Assembly: GCA_002842755.1 (NCBI GenBank)
Contig: PHDU01000003.1
Coordinates: forward strand, 4,414 to 68,413
Direction of reading: 5' to 3'
Source: Bacteroidetes bacterium HGW-Bacteroidetes-1
Lineage (GTDB): Bacteria > Bacteroidota > Bacteroidia > Bacteroidales > F082
Length of the DNA: 64,000 nucleotides
The notes beneath the pieces are model-generated. The model was not told the DNA's origin. It made no database searches and saw nothing but the letters and a program-made list of their open reading frames with translations. This document shows positions 29,689 to 39,011 of this stretch, one piece after another (position 1 is the stretch's first letter; each line of letters starts with the position of its first letter). Both the position numbers and the translations under genes were made by a program.

Positions 29689-30264
29689 TTAGAAATGATA
29701 CCTTAAGGTGACCAGAGTTTGGTTGTTAAGCGAATTTTCGGGCAATAAAAAAGTACCTTGTGGTGCAGCTGAAGGTTGTAACTGAAGACTGAGATTCCCG
29801 CTTATATCGTAATCAAAAAAATGTGCGTCAACAGTTGCATCAACAATGTTTAATATGTACCAGACTCCAAGCAAAATCCAACTCAATTCTGTGTTGCGCC
29901 GGTAATAATCCCTTATTTGTACCAAATCAGCAGCAGAATATCTTCCTACGTATTTGTTATCAATAGGAAAATCCTCCTCATTAGATACATAATTATAAGC
30001 ATCTTTAGCCAAAATGTATTCCTTCCGGTTTGTTATAGCGAAATAGGTAATTGTACCGATACCCGCGTAAACTATTGGAATCTTCCAGTATTTCTTGTTA
30101 TAAGCCTGTCCGAGACCTGGCAGAATGGCTGAATAAATGGAGGCTTTGTGAGGAGAATGCTTAGGTTTCTGAATAATTCCTTCTGATGATGCAACATTTT
30201 GAGCTGAAGCAAACCCGCTCACAATCAGGAGCAAAAAGAAAACAGTACACTTCAACTTAAACAT
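29689..30264 (-). CDS. DUF5683 domain protein
   Basis: 191 aa with a signal peptide. SAILPGLGQAYNKKYWKIPIVYAG is typical of DUF5683. It sits in the usual parB-DUF5683-dapB position. Confidence 0.7.
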   Translation of the reverse strand: MFKLKCTVFFLLLIVSGFASAQNVASSEGIIQKPKHSPHKASIYSAILPGLGQAYNKKYWKIPIVYAGIGTITYFAITNRKEYILAKDAYNYVSNEEDFPIDNKYVGRYSAADLVQIRDYYRRNTELSWILLGVWYILNIVDATVDAHFFDYDISGNLSLQLQPSAAPQGTFLLPENSLNNQTLVTLRYHF

Positions 30265-30270
30265 GGTATG

Positions 30271-31242
30271 CTATTTAGAGGTCAGCAAAGTGATCAGACG
30301 CTCAAATTCGGAATCATTATCAAAGCTGATTACAAGCGACCCTTTACCATTTAAAGAACGGCGAATATCGACTTTTGTTTGAAGTTGTTCGGCAAGATTT
30401 TTAGAATGTTGCTTGTAAGTAGCAGGAACAACCTGTTTGTTGACATTTTTTATAGTTGGCTTTGGATTATTCATGTGACGCACCAAAGCTTCAACCTGCC
30501 GGACGTTTAGCTCCTCTTCGATAATTTTCTGAAGAATAATCAATTGAATCTCAGTATTTTCAAAACTAATCAGTGAACGCGCGTGTCCCATACTGATATG
30601 TCCGTCCCTTAAGGCGATCTGTACTTCAGGCGGCAGCTTAAGCAAGCGAAGAAAATTGGCTATGGTTGTTCTGCTTTTGCCAACCTGCTCACTAAGATTT
30701 TCCTGAGTCAGATTGCACTCATCCATCAAACGTTGGTACGAAATGGCTACTTCTATTGCGTTGAGGTTCTCGCGGTGAATATTTTCGATTAGTGCCATTT
30801 CTAGCATCTGCTCATCATTGGCAACCCTGATAAACACAGGTATGGTATTCAAACCAGCCATTTTTGAAGCGCGCAAACGTCGTTCACCTGAAATTAATTG
30901 GTATTTATCATATCCGAGCTTTCTTACCGTTACAGGTTGAATCACGCCCTGCGACTTTATAGAGGCGGCGAGTTCGCGCAAGGCCATGTCGTCGAATTCT
31001 GTTCTCGGCTGAAAAGGATTGGCTTCAATCTTTTCGAGTGCAATCTCCGCAGTAGCACCTGCAACATAATTTCCTGAGATATCTCCGGAAGTTATATCAG
31101 TATCCGGGCTTTGAAGAATGGCTTCCAAACCACGTCCTAGACCTCTTTTCTTCGCTTTGCTGCTATTGGGTTCCTGATTCAATGTTATCCTCCTCCAGAT
31201 TGTTTTTGATGAGATTATTTTTCTGTAATATTTCTCTTGCAA
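30271..31242 (-). CDS. parB: Chromosome partitioning protein ParB
   Basis: Motifs RGLGRGLEAIL, NPFQPR, GVIQPVTVR, ISGERRLRA. The longest ORF overlaps parA by 80 nt. An in-frame TTG at 31182 (LNQEPNSSKAKKRGLG...) would cut the overlap to 20 nt and is the more plausible start. Confidence 0.88.
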   Translation of the reverse strand: MQEKYYRKIISSKTIWRRITLNQEPNSSKAKKRGLGRGLEAILQSPDTDITSGDISGNYVAGATAEIALEKIEANPFQPRTEFDDMALRELAASIKSQGVIQPVTVRKLGYDKYQLISGERRLRASKMAGLNTIPVFIRVANDEQMLEMALIENIHRENLNAIEVAISYQRLMDECNLTQENLSEQVGKSRTTIANFLRLLKLPPEVQIALRDGHISMGHARSLISFENTEIQLIILQKIIEEELNVRQVEALVRHMNNPKPTIKNVNKQVVPATYKQHSKNLAEQLQTKVDIRRSLNGKGSLVISFDNDSEFERLITLLTSK

Positions 31243-31975
31243 GATTGAGGTAATTCACAGCCCCAGTGCTGGTTGCATCGTGCATGATGATGGTTTCACC
31301 AAAGCTTGGGGCTTCACTCAATCGGGTATTTCTGTTGATGATGGTATTAAAAACCATTTGTTGAAAATGGGTTTTCACTTCTTCAACCACCTGACGCGAA
31401 AGGCGTAAACGGGCATCAAACATTGTGAGTAAAATACCTTCAATATCAAGTTTTGGGTTCAATCGTGACTGAACAATTTTAATCGTATTGAGTAACTTTC
31501 CAAGTCCTTCGAGGGCAAAATATTCGCATTGAACCGGAACAAGAACCGAATCTGCGGCCGAAAGTGCATTCACCGTGATGAGACCAAGAGATGGTGAGCA
31601 ATCAATTATAATAAAGTCGTAATCATCCTTGATTTTTTCGATTACTTTTTGCATCATTTTTTCCCGGTTAGGAAGGTTAATCATTTCAATTTCAGCCCCA
31701 ACAAGATCGATATGTGCTGGAAGTAACCATAAAAACGGTGTATTGGATTCCACAATTACCTCTGAAGGATTTACATCATCAATAATGCACTCATAAATAC
31801 TGTTTTCAACTTCCCTTGGATCAAAACCTAAACCAGATGTGGCATTGGCCTGTGGATCGGCATCAATAATAAGCGTTTTATATTCAAGAACCGCCAAACT
31901 GGCGGCCAGATTGATGGCCGTGGTTGTTTTACCAACTCCACCTTTTTGGTTTGCTATGGCAATGGTTTTACCCAT
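31163..31975 (-). CDS. parA: Chromosome partitioning ATPase ParA/Soj
   Basis: 270 aa. Deviant Walker A NQKGGVGKTTTAINLA, then IIDADPQANATS and IIIDCSPSLG. Confidence 0.92.
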   Translation of the reverse strand: MGKTIAIANQKGGVGKTTTAINLAASLAVLEYKTLIIDADPQANATSGLGFDPREVENSIYECIIDDVNPSEVIVESNTPFLWLLPAHIDLVGAEIEMINLPNREKMMQKVIEKIKDDYDFIIIDCSPSLGLITVNALSAADSVLVPVQCEYFALEGLGKLLNTIKIVQSRLNPKLDIEGILLTMFDARLRLSRQVVEEVKTHFQQMVFNTIINRNTRLSEAPSFGETIIMHDATSTGAVNYLNLAREILQKNNLIKNNLEEDNIESGTQ

Positions 31976-32028
31976 ATATAATGTTATTCAATGAATTAAG
32001 ATTATGTGTACCTTTATTTTAAGATTGA

Positions 32029-32036
32029 CAAAAGTA
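32029..32036 (-). promoter_or_regulatory. Candidate -7 box (TACTTTTG on the minus strand) upstream of parA
   Basis: The plus strand reads CAAAAGTA, the reverse complement of TAnnTTTG. It lies about 54 nt upstream of the parA ATG. Confidence 0.4.
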
Positions 32037-32191
32037 AGGCTTTTAGAAATACTTTGTCGTATTACCTGAACAAAAAATAAAAACGCAATCTTTTAAGTTT
32101 CATTGTAACGATTATTATAATTATTTAATAATCAGGCAATAAAAAAACCTAAGAATTATACAATTCAGATTTTGAACAGGTGAACACATTC

Positions 32192-32214
32192 AAAAAAAAG
32201 CTGCAAGAAGCAGC
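32192..32214 (-). terminator. Intrinsic terminator after the DUF3276 gene
   Basis: On the minus strand: GCUGC-uucuu-GCAGC followed by an 8-nt U-run. It lies about 48 nt downstream of the stop at 32262. Confidence 0.55.
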
Positions 32215-32261
32215 CTAAACTTTCAAAAGAAATTGTCTAAAAAACAGCGTTAGTCGGTTTG

Positions 32262-32600
32262 TCAGGCAAGATCTTCAAAACTCACTTCTTCATCACTGGA
32301 TCCTGTTGATTCACCGCCATAATTTTCGGGCAGCTCCCCGGTTTCGATAAATGCAATGGATTCATTTAGTCCTGCCATAAACTTCTCAAAATCTTCCTTA
32401 TAAAGAAAAAGCTTATGTTTTTCGTAGAAAAATTTTCCCTGATCGTTGCTAAATCGTCTTTTACTTTCCGTTATCGTCAGATAATTTTCATCATTTCTGG
32501 TAGATTTTACGTCGAAAAAATACGTTCTCTTTCCAGCTCTTATCGAACGAGAAAATAATCCTTCCCTTCTTTCCTGATTGTCGTTCTCTTCCATTATCAA
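32262..32600 (-). CDS. DUF3276 (PUR-alpha-like nucleic-acid-binding) protein
   Basis: 112 aa. GKRTYFFDVKSTRNDENYLTITESKRRF...FYEKHKLFLYKEDFEKF matches the Bacteroidetes DUF3276/PurA-like pattern. It has an acidic C-terminal tail. Confidence 0.7.
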   Translation of the reverse strand: MIMEENDNQERREGLFSRSIRAGKRTYFFDVKSTRNDENYLTITESKRRFSNDQGKFFYEKHKLFLYKEDFEKFMAGLNESIAFIETGELPENYGGESTGSSDEEVSFEDLA

Positions 32601-33012
32601 ATCTAATTAGATGTACTAAAACTTAAAAGCAAAAGTAAAAAAAGTTTTGACCCATGCCCTTACAAATCCTATCAAAAAATAGTTGTCAAGGTTACATTTA
32701 TTTAACAAAAGCATCAGGTAGCAATAAAAATATTAGGCAACTACAACAATATCAAATAGATATAAATCAAATATTTATATCCTGATTCAAAATATTTTTT
32801 TTTGCTCTGCATTAAATCCAGATGAATGAGTGCCTCTCCGGTTTGAAAAATTCTTACTACATTTATGTTTGGGAGAATGTTTGTTGTTTTAACACCTCAA
32901 AGTTATTGTTTATCAATGAAATAACACAAATACTCTCCTTCATTTTTTGAATTTAGGAATTACTCAGGTTAAAAGTTGAAACCTTCATCTGCTCTACTTT
33001 CATTATTTAATT

Positions 33013-33020
33013 TATTTTTG
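33013..33020 (+). promoter_or_regulatory. Candidate -7 box TATTTTTG upstream of the BNR/T9SS gene
   Basis: Perfect TAnnTTTG match 36 nt upstream of the ATG at 33056. Confidence 0.4.
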
Positions 33021-33055
33021 AAGTGAAATCAAAATATTAATCAAATCTATCAACA

Positions 33056-34879
33056 ATGAAAAAATCTTTACTCACCTTTTTATTTGCACTAAGTGCAATC
33101 GTTATCGTTGCCCAGACCCCGTTGCAGAAACAATTACAACGAATGTCGAAAGAAAATCAATTTATTGAGCATCGTGAAGATGAATCAATAGGGTTTCCGG
33201 GCGAGCTCAATACATTTGTTTCCAATATGAAAGCGCCTGATGTTGTTATTGGAAATTGCCGATATGACCGTCAATCAAATTATTCAGTTCAACAAAGAAT
33301 GTTTGTATACCCCGATGGAACCATTGGTGCAACATGGATGCGTGGTATGGAAGAAACGAGTTATCCTGATCGTGGGACTGGTTACAATTATTTTAACGGA
33401 TCTGCCTGGGGTCCTGCACCAACAGTGCGCATCGAATCTGTTAAAACGGGTTGGCCTGCTTATGCTCCATTTGGACCGAATGGAGAAATCGTTGCTGCGC
33501 ATACCGCTAACGCAACCGGATTGGTTTTTAGCTGGCGCGAAAACAAAGGTGCTGGCGAATGGAACTCATTTAATTTTGCTGGGCCAGATGGTCTTGATCT
33601 GCTTTATCCAAGAATTGTCACCAATGGCCCTGACCGTGAAACCATTCACCTAATTGCGCAGGTTAGAGCAACTACACCATATGCGGGACTTGCCGGAGCG
33701 CTAACCTACAGCCGTTCCAGCAATGGAGGACAAACATGGGAAATTTTACATGAAGTTCTTACTGGTATTGATAGTGATCACTTCCTTGGTTTTGGAGCTG
33801 ACCGCTATGCCTTTGCAGATCCAGTTGGAGAAACCTTGGCTTTCGTTGCTGGTGATGGTTATAGTGATGTTGTTGTGATGAAATCAACAGATAATGGTGA
33901 TAACTGGGATCGTATCGATTATTACCTCAGTCCTGATCCTTTTATGGATGGAAATACTGAGATTCCACGCTATGGCGCAGTTGACTCATTTCACAGTATT
34001 GTAATTGATGATTTAGGTCAGGTGCATGTATCATCAGGAAGGAGGCTCAACCGTGCTGATGGTTTAGGTGCTTTAACTTATTATCCATATTCCAATGGCT
34101 TGATCTATTGGAATGAAAATATGTTGCCTTTGGATTCAACTATGGTTGGTTCAGATATTAGTGATCCCTCAGCTGTACCTTCACAATATTTATTGGCCGA
34201 ACTTTTTGATAACGGAGTTGATTCTATTATTGGAGTAGCAACGTATTATGGCTCAATTACAACCATGCCACAATTGGTTTTTGATCATGAATCTAAGTTT
34301 TTATATGCATTTTACAGTGCACTTACCCTCGGCTTTGCCACAGAGGAATACAATTATCGCCACATCTGGATGAAATATTCGGAGGATTATGGCCAAACCT
34401 GGAGTCCGGAAGTTGACCTTAACGGTGATATTTTTCATCTTTTTAGCGAATGTGTTTTTCCTTCTGCATCACCAACAGTAAGTGATAAAATTCATTTGAT
34501 TTATCAAAGCGACGATGCCCCGGGAATGGCTGCAAGCGGTGTGCAGCACACTGTTAGGGACAATACTATCGTTTATTTAACCGTAAATACTGCTGTTGGA
34601 ATTGCTGAGTCTCTGGCCAGAATTGTTTCAATTGATCAGGTAAATCCAAATCCTGCCAAAGACATTGCACGGATTGTGGTGAACGTTGATAAAGCAGTCC
34701 CAGCGCAGATTAGTATTTTAAACTCACTCGGACAGGAGGTTTATCAAGCTGACAGATATTTTACGCATGCAGGTCCGCATCATATTGAACTGCAACTCCA
34801 GAGTATTGAAAGCGGCATTTATTTTATTCGCATAAAAGCAGGAAGTGATGCAGCCGTTCAAAAACTAATCGTTCAATAA
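33056..34879 (+). CDS. Secreted BNR/Asp-box repeat (sialidase-fold-like) protein with a T9SS C-terminal sorting domain
   Basis: 607 aa with a signal peptide. Three Asp-boxes are present (SSNGGQTW, STDNGDNW, SEDYGQTW). The C-terminal ~80 aa (NPNPAKDIARIVVNV...GIYFIRIKAGSDAAVQKLIVQ) match the type A T9SS CTD pattern. Confidence 0.75.
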   Translation: MKKSLLTFLFALSAIVIVAQTPLQKQLQRMSKENQFIEHREDESIGFPGELNTFVSNMKAPDVVIGNCRYDRQSNYSVQQRMFVYPDGTIGATWMRGMEETSYPDRGTGYNYFNGSAWGPAPTVRIESVKTGWPAYAPFGPNGEIVAAHTANATGLVFSWRENKGAGEWNSFNFAGPDGLDLLYPRIVTNGPDRETIHLIAQVRATTPYAGLAGALTYSRSSNGGQTWEILHEVLTGIDSDHFLGFGADRYAFADPVGETLAFVAGDGYSDVVVMKSTDNGDNWDRIDYYLSPDPFMDGNTEIPRYGAVDSFHSIVIDDLGQVHVSSGRRLNRADGLGALTYYPYSNGLIYWNENMLPLDSTMVGSDISDPSAVPSQYLLAELFDNGVDSIIGVATYYGSITTMPQLVFDHESKFLYAFYSALTLGFATEEYNYRHIWMKYSEDYGQTWSPEVDLNGDIFHLFSECVFPSASPTVSDKIHLIYQSDDAPGMAASGVQHTVRDNTIVYLTVNTAVGIAESLARIVSIDQVNPNPAKDIARIVVNVDKAVPAQISILNSLGQEVYQADRYFTHAGPHHIELQLQSIESGIYFIRIKAGSDAAVQKLIVQ

Positions 34880-34900
34880 ATTTGATATCGAAATAGTTTA

Positions 34901-34929
34901 ACCCTGCCATTTTTTGGTGGGGTTTTTTA
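34901..34929 (+). terminator. Intrinsic terminator after the BNR/T9SS gene
   Basis: ACCCUGCC-auuuuuu-GGUGGGGU (8 bp including two G-U pairs) followed by UUUUUU. It lies 22 nt after the stop. Confidence 0.55.
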
Positions 34930-34939
34930 TTTAGAATAG

Positions 34940-35380
34940 TGATCAAAGCTTTCGTTTCAAAAAAAGGCTCGCTAAACCAATGTTCGATTGGGTGTACCCG
35001 AATAATCCATCTTTTTGGTAGTTTACATAACTCGGCTTCAACATAACCCCCTTACAAATAGAGAATTCCTTCTTAAAGGACGAAAAACCAGCAACAAAGA
35101 GCAACGTTTCTTTTTAGTCATTACCCTGAAATCAAAACACCCTATCAACATGCTCAAGAGTTTAGAAGCATGCACGAACTGACCACTCGTGACCACGCTC
35201 AACGCAGATTTAACGCATAGAACGAAAAACAACACTGCTCAAAATAAAAGAATTTAATATCGTTGTAAATACGGCGAAATACAATTTGGAAAATATTCTC
35301 AACTTCTTCAATAACCGAAATACAAATATAAATGCTGAATCGTTTATGAAAGCATATATCATCGTCTCGTTACAAAAATA
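34940..35380 (+). pseudogene. Degraded remnant of an ISL3-like transposase (C-terminal part, with multiple stops and frameshifts)
   Basis: My own translation of the plus strand gives two pieces in different frames, interrupted by stops. The first is LTNREFLLKGRKTSNKEQRFFLVITLKSKHPINMLKSLEACTN. The second is KEFNIVVNTAKYNLENILNFFNNRNTNINAESFMKAY. The second piece resembles the conserved Bacteroidetes ISL3-type C-terminus ...ILNYFxNRSTNAxAESFNAKIK. No intact ORF remains. Confidence 0.55.
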
Positions 35381-35384
35381 TCAG

Positions 35385-35392
35385 TAATTTTG
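35385..35392 (+). promoter_or_regulatory. Candidate -7 box TAATTTTG upstream of the E2 gene
   Basis: Perfect TAnnTTTG followed by CAC, the same context as the rpsF promoter. It lies 66 nt upstream of the ATG at 35458, immediately after the IS remnant. Confidence 0.45.
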
Positions 35393-35457
35393 CACCTTCA
35401 TTGAACAAAACCAGTCGTAAGACTTTTATATTTATAAAATAAATAATACTAATTAAT

Positions 35458-36768
35458 ATGGCTACTTTTGAAATTATAATGCCAAAGCTAGGAGAAAGTG
35501 TAATCGAAGCTACCATTACCAAATGGTTGAAATCGCCAGGTGACATGATAGCTGAAGATGACGCCCTTGTTGAAATTGCAACAGATAAAGTGGACTCCGA
35601 AATACCATCACCTGTTGAAGGAAAGCTAATCAAATTACTTTATAATGAAGGAGATGTTGTAGCAGTAGGCCTTCCAATTGCCCTCATTTCGCTGGATGGA
35701 GAAGATGCCGTTCAGGAAGATTCTTCCACTCCAGTTGAATCAACAACACAAAAAGAAGTAGTTGAGACTCCGATATCAGATGAAAAACAAACAGAAGAAG
35801 CTTCAAATGAACCTGATTCAGGAAGATTTTATTCCCCACTCGTAAAAAGTATTGCAAAAGAAGAAAACATCTCCATTAAAGAACTTGATGGCATTCAAGG
35901 CAGTGGTAAAGAAGGTCGCGTAACGAAAGACGATGTGATAAAATATCTCAAAGGACGTGATAAAAATCCAGTTGCATCAGCTGAACTTTCTGCATCTGCA
36001 GCCGTTTCAACACCAAAACAGTCCCCAAAAATTGAAGCTCAGAAGGTGCTCACAGAGAGTGGTGACCAGATTATTGAGATGGATCGTATGCGAAGACTTA
36101 TAGCAGATCACATGGTAATGTCGAAACATGTTTCACCGCATGTTACTTCTTTTATTGATGTTGATGTCACCAATATCGTAAACTGGAGGAATAAAGTTAA
36201 AGACAACTTCCAAAAACGTGAAGGCGAAAAAATAACTTATACTCCTATCTTTTTTGATTTTGCTGCAAAAGCACTTAAAGACTTCCCTCAAATCAACGCA
36301 TCAGTTGACGGATACAACATTATTTTGCGCAAGAACATCAATATTGGGATGGCAACAGCACTCCCTAATGGCAACCTGATTGTGCCTGTGATTAAAAATG
36401 TTGATGAAAAAAGTTTATTGGGGGTCACAAAAGCAGTAAATGATCTGGCAAAAAGAGCACGGGTCAATAAGCTTCAACCTGATGAAATTCAGGGAGGAAC
36501 TTTTACGATCACCAATTTTGGATCATTTGACAGCCTGACCGGCACACCAATTATCAATCAACCACAAGTGGCAATTCTTGCTGTCGGGGCCATACGCAAA
36601 CAACCTGCCGTTATTGAAACAGAATATGGTGATGTGATTGCAATCCGCCATATCATGATATTAGCACTTGCATATGACCATCGGGTTGTAGACGGTGCAC
36701 TAGGTGGCCAATACCTCAAAAAAATGAAGGAGTTGATGGAAGGTTTTGATCTTAACACAGAAATTTAA
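35458..36768 (+). CDS. 2-oxoacid dehydrogenase E2 component (dihydrolipoamide acyltransferase)
   Basis: 436 aa. Lipoyl domain with VEIATDKVDSEIPSP, a peripheral subunit-binding domain (SPLVKSIAKEENISIKELDGIQGSGKEGRVTKDDV), and a catalytic domain with LAYDHRVVDGA. Confidence 0.88.
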   Translation: MATFEIIMPKLGESVIEATITKWLKSPGDMIAEDDALVEIATDKVDSEIPSPVEGKLIKLLYNEGDVVAVGLPIALISLDGEDAVQEDSSTPVESTTQKEVVETPISDEKQTEEASNEPDSGRFYSPLVKSIAKEENISIKELDGIQGSGKEGRVTKDDVIKYLKGRDKNPVASAELSASAAVSTPKQSPKIEAQKVLTESGDQIIEMDRMRRLIADHMVMSKHVSPHVTSFIDVDVTNIVNWRNKVKDNFQKREGEKITYTPIFFDFAAKALKDFPQINASVDGYNIILRKNINIGMATALPNGNLIVPVIKNVDEKSLLGVTKAVNDLAKRARVNKLQPDEIQGGTFTITNFGSFDSLTGTPIINQPQVAILAVGAIRKQPAVIETEYGDVIAIRHIMILALAYDHRVVDGALGGQYLKKMKELMEGFDLNTEI

Positions 36769-36829
36769 AATTAATTATTGATTAACTCGGTTAGGGAGAG
36801 GCTAACATTCCTATCCTTTATTTTATACC

Positions 36830-37666
36830 ATGCAGCTACAACTAAAACGTCCAATTGCTTTCTTTGACCTCGAAACAACCGGATTAAGCATTACTTCTGA
36901 CAGGTTGATTGAAATCAGTATTTTGAAAGTTCATCCTGATGGAAAAGAGGAACAGAAAACTTGGCGCGTCAATCCAGGAATACCAATTCCGCCATTCTCG
37001 ACGAAATTTCATGGCATCAAAGATGAGGACGTTAAAGATGCTCCTCCTTTTAAAGATATTGCCAAAGAACTTAGTAAGTTTTTAAGTGGTTGCGATCTTG
37101 CTGGTTACAACGCCATAAAATTTGATGTTCCAGTTCTAATGGAAGAGTTTTTGCGTTGCGATACTTCTTTCGATATTTCAAATCGTCATGTGGTGGATGT
37201 GCAAAATATTTTTATGAAGATGGAGCCGCGCACCCTAAAAGGGGCTTATCGCTTCTTTTGCAATAAAGAACTTGTTGATGCACATTCAGCTGCCGCTGAC
37301 ACTTTTGCGACCTATGAAATTTTGAAGGCCCAGCTTGATCGTTATCAGGATGCTGTTTATGAAGACAGTACCGGAAATGAGTCAAAACCCGTTTTGAACG
37401 ACATTAAAGCCCTGCACGATTTTTCGTTTCATCATCGCAATGCTGATCTGGCAGGGCAGATAATTTTTAATGATCAAAATCAGGAAGTGATCAATTTTGG
37501 CAAACATAAAGGCAAAACTATTGAAGAAATTTTCTCAAAAGAACCATCATATTACGACTGGATGATGAAAGGCGACTTTCCTCTCTTTACAAAAAAACTT
37601 ATCACCACTATAAAGCTCCGTATGTTTGGGAAACAGGTAACACTTACCAATAATAAAAACCAATAA
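36830..37666 (+). CDS. DEDDh 3'-5' exonuclease (DnaQ/epsilon-like) with a C-terminal extension
   Basis: 278 aa. Exo I FFDLETTG, Exo II AGYNAIKFDVPVL, Exo III HSAAADTFATYEI. The C-terminal FGKHKGKTIEEI...YYDWMM resembles a DUF3820-like tail. Confidence 0.8.
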   Translation: MQLQLKRPIAFFDLETTGLSITSDRLIEISILKVHPDGKEEQKTWRVNPGIPIPPFSTKFHGIKDEDVKDAPPFKDIAKELSKFLSGCDLAGYNAIKFDVPVLMEEFLRCDTSFDISNRHVVDVQNIFMKMEPRTLKGAYRFFCNKELVDAHSAAADTFATYEILKAQLDRYQDAVYEDSTGNESKPVLNDIKALHDFSFHHRNADLAGQIIFNDQNQEVINFGKHKGKTIEEIFSKEPSYYDWMMKGDFPLFTKKLITTIKLRMFGKQVTLTNNKNQ

Positions 37667-37670
37667 CAAA

Positions 37671-38282
37671 ATGAAAATCATTTGTATAGGTCGTAATTAT
37701 GTTGAGCATGCAAAAGAATTGAATAACCCGGTTCCAGATAAACCAGTGTTCTTCATGAAACCAGACACATCCCTTCTTCCGCCACATAATCCTTTCTTTT
37801 ATCCGGATTTTTCGACCGATATTCATTATGAAGTTGAACTGGTATTGAAAGTCAGCAAGACCGGAAGAAGTATTGCAGAAAAGTTTGCCCATAATTATTA
37901 CGATGAAATTGGTATTGGAATCGATTTCACCGCGCGCGATTTACAGACTGAATGCAAAAAGAAAGGATTACCATGGGAAATTGCGAAAGCCTTCGACTTT
38001 TCTGCACCTATAGGTAGGTTTCTTCCAAAAAAAAGTTTTACTGATCTGCAAAATATTGACTTTGGTCTTAAAATCAATGATGAATGGCGTCAGCGTGGGA
38101 ACAGCCGTGATATGATATTTAGTTTTGAAAAAATCATCGCTTTTGTTTCTCAATTTGTAATGCTGCGTAAAGGTGATTATATCTTTACAGGCACACCAGA
38201 AGGCGTTGGGCCAGCCAGGATCAACGATCATTTTGAATTGTTTATTGGAGAAGAAAACCTGCTTGCATTTAATGTAAAATAA
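37671..38282 (+). CDS. Fumarylacetoacetate hydrolase (FAH) family protein
   Basis: 203 aa. IICIGRNYVEHAKEL, FFMKP, and HYEVELV...GIDFTARDLQ are typical of the FAH/HpcE-like family. Confidence 0.85.
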   Translation: MKIICIGRNYVEHAKELNNPVPDKPVFFMKPDTSLLPPHNPFFYPDFSTDIHYEVELVLKVSKTGRSIAEKFAHNYYDEIGIGIDFTARDLQTECKKKGLPWEIAKAFDFSAPIGRFLPKKSFTDLQNIDFGLKINDEWRQRGNSRDMIFSFEKIIAFVSQFVMLRKGDYIFTGTPEGVGPARINDHFELFIGEENLLAFNVK

Positions 38283-38402
38283 CGTCTTGTTTAAAACACA
38301 TGTGTATGATAGTAAAGAGTGGATATTAATTTCTTTGTATTGCACTTTCCCTGTTTGAACCTTTTTGGTCAACAATCGTTTAACTATTAAAATCAGACAA
38401 AT

Positions 38403-38720
38403 ATGGCACTTATTAAATCAACAGATGCAGATTTCAAAACCTTGATTTCGACCAACGAGAAAGTAATTGTAAAGTTCTATGCTGATTGGTGTGGAACATG
38501 TCGTTTGTTCGCTCCAAAATTCAAAAAAATGGCTGAAAATGCAATTTATGAAGGCGTTACATTTTTAGATGTGAATGCTGAGGAGAATCAGGAAGCACGT
38601 AAAATGGCTGGCGTGGATAATCTTCCATTTTTTGCTTCATTTAAAAATGGACTTTTATCAGAAGGAAAAGCAACAGCCAAAGAAGAAAAAGTTGCTGAAA
38701 TGATTCAAAACCTGAGTTAA
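38403..38720 (+). CDS. Thioredoxin-family protein
   Basis: 105 aa with active site WCGTCR. Confidence 0.85.
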   Translation: MALIKSTDADFKTLISTNEKVIVKFYADWCGTCRLFAPKFKKMAENAIYEGVTFLDVNAEENQEARKMAGVDNLPFFASFKNGLLSEGKATAKEEKVAEMIQNLS

Positions 38721-38721
38721 G

Positions 38722-38964
38722 ATGAAAGTTCCGGTAATTAAAAAATTAGCTGAAACCTACAGTCTGGAAGAATTGCAAAATGCCGAAAATGCAATCTATG
38801 ATGAGCAGCAACCATCCATTGAGGTAGAAGGAGAAGATGAAGGCGAACAACTTACCCATATCATTGCAGCTATCTGGATTAAAAATGATATGGCTGAAAA
38901 TGGGTCTGAATTAAAAAATTCGCTCAGGAATTATACCCAAAAAGTAAGAAAATCAATAGATTAG
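38722..38964 (+). CDS. Small acidic hypothetical protein, translationally coupled to the thioredoxin gene
   Basis: 80 aa. The ATG lies 1 nt after the preceding stop. No family recognised with certainty. Confidence 0.55.
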   Translation: MKVPVIKKLAETYSLEELQNAENAIYDEQQPSIEVEGEDEGEQLTHIIAAIWIKNDMAENGSELKNSLRNYTQKVRKSID

Positions 38965-39011
38965 AGTATTCTTACTTTAATGAATGACCTGGCAGGGAAT
39001 TAAGAAGACTG

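Noticed and set aside
31163-31242. 80-nt parA/parB overlap as a possible unusual overlapping-gene arrangement
   Set aside because: It is more simply explained by longest-ORF over-extension. An in-frame TTG at 31182 gives a ParB N-terminus that starts just before the conserved KKRGLGRGLEAIL.
33240-33653. 137-aa same-strand alternative-frame ORF inside the BNR/T9SS gene
   Set aside because: It is fully embedded in a 607-aa ORF that carries a signal peptide, Asp-boxes and a T9SS CTD. There is no independent support for it.
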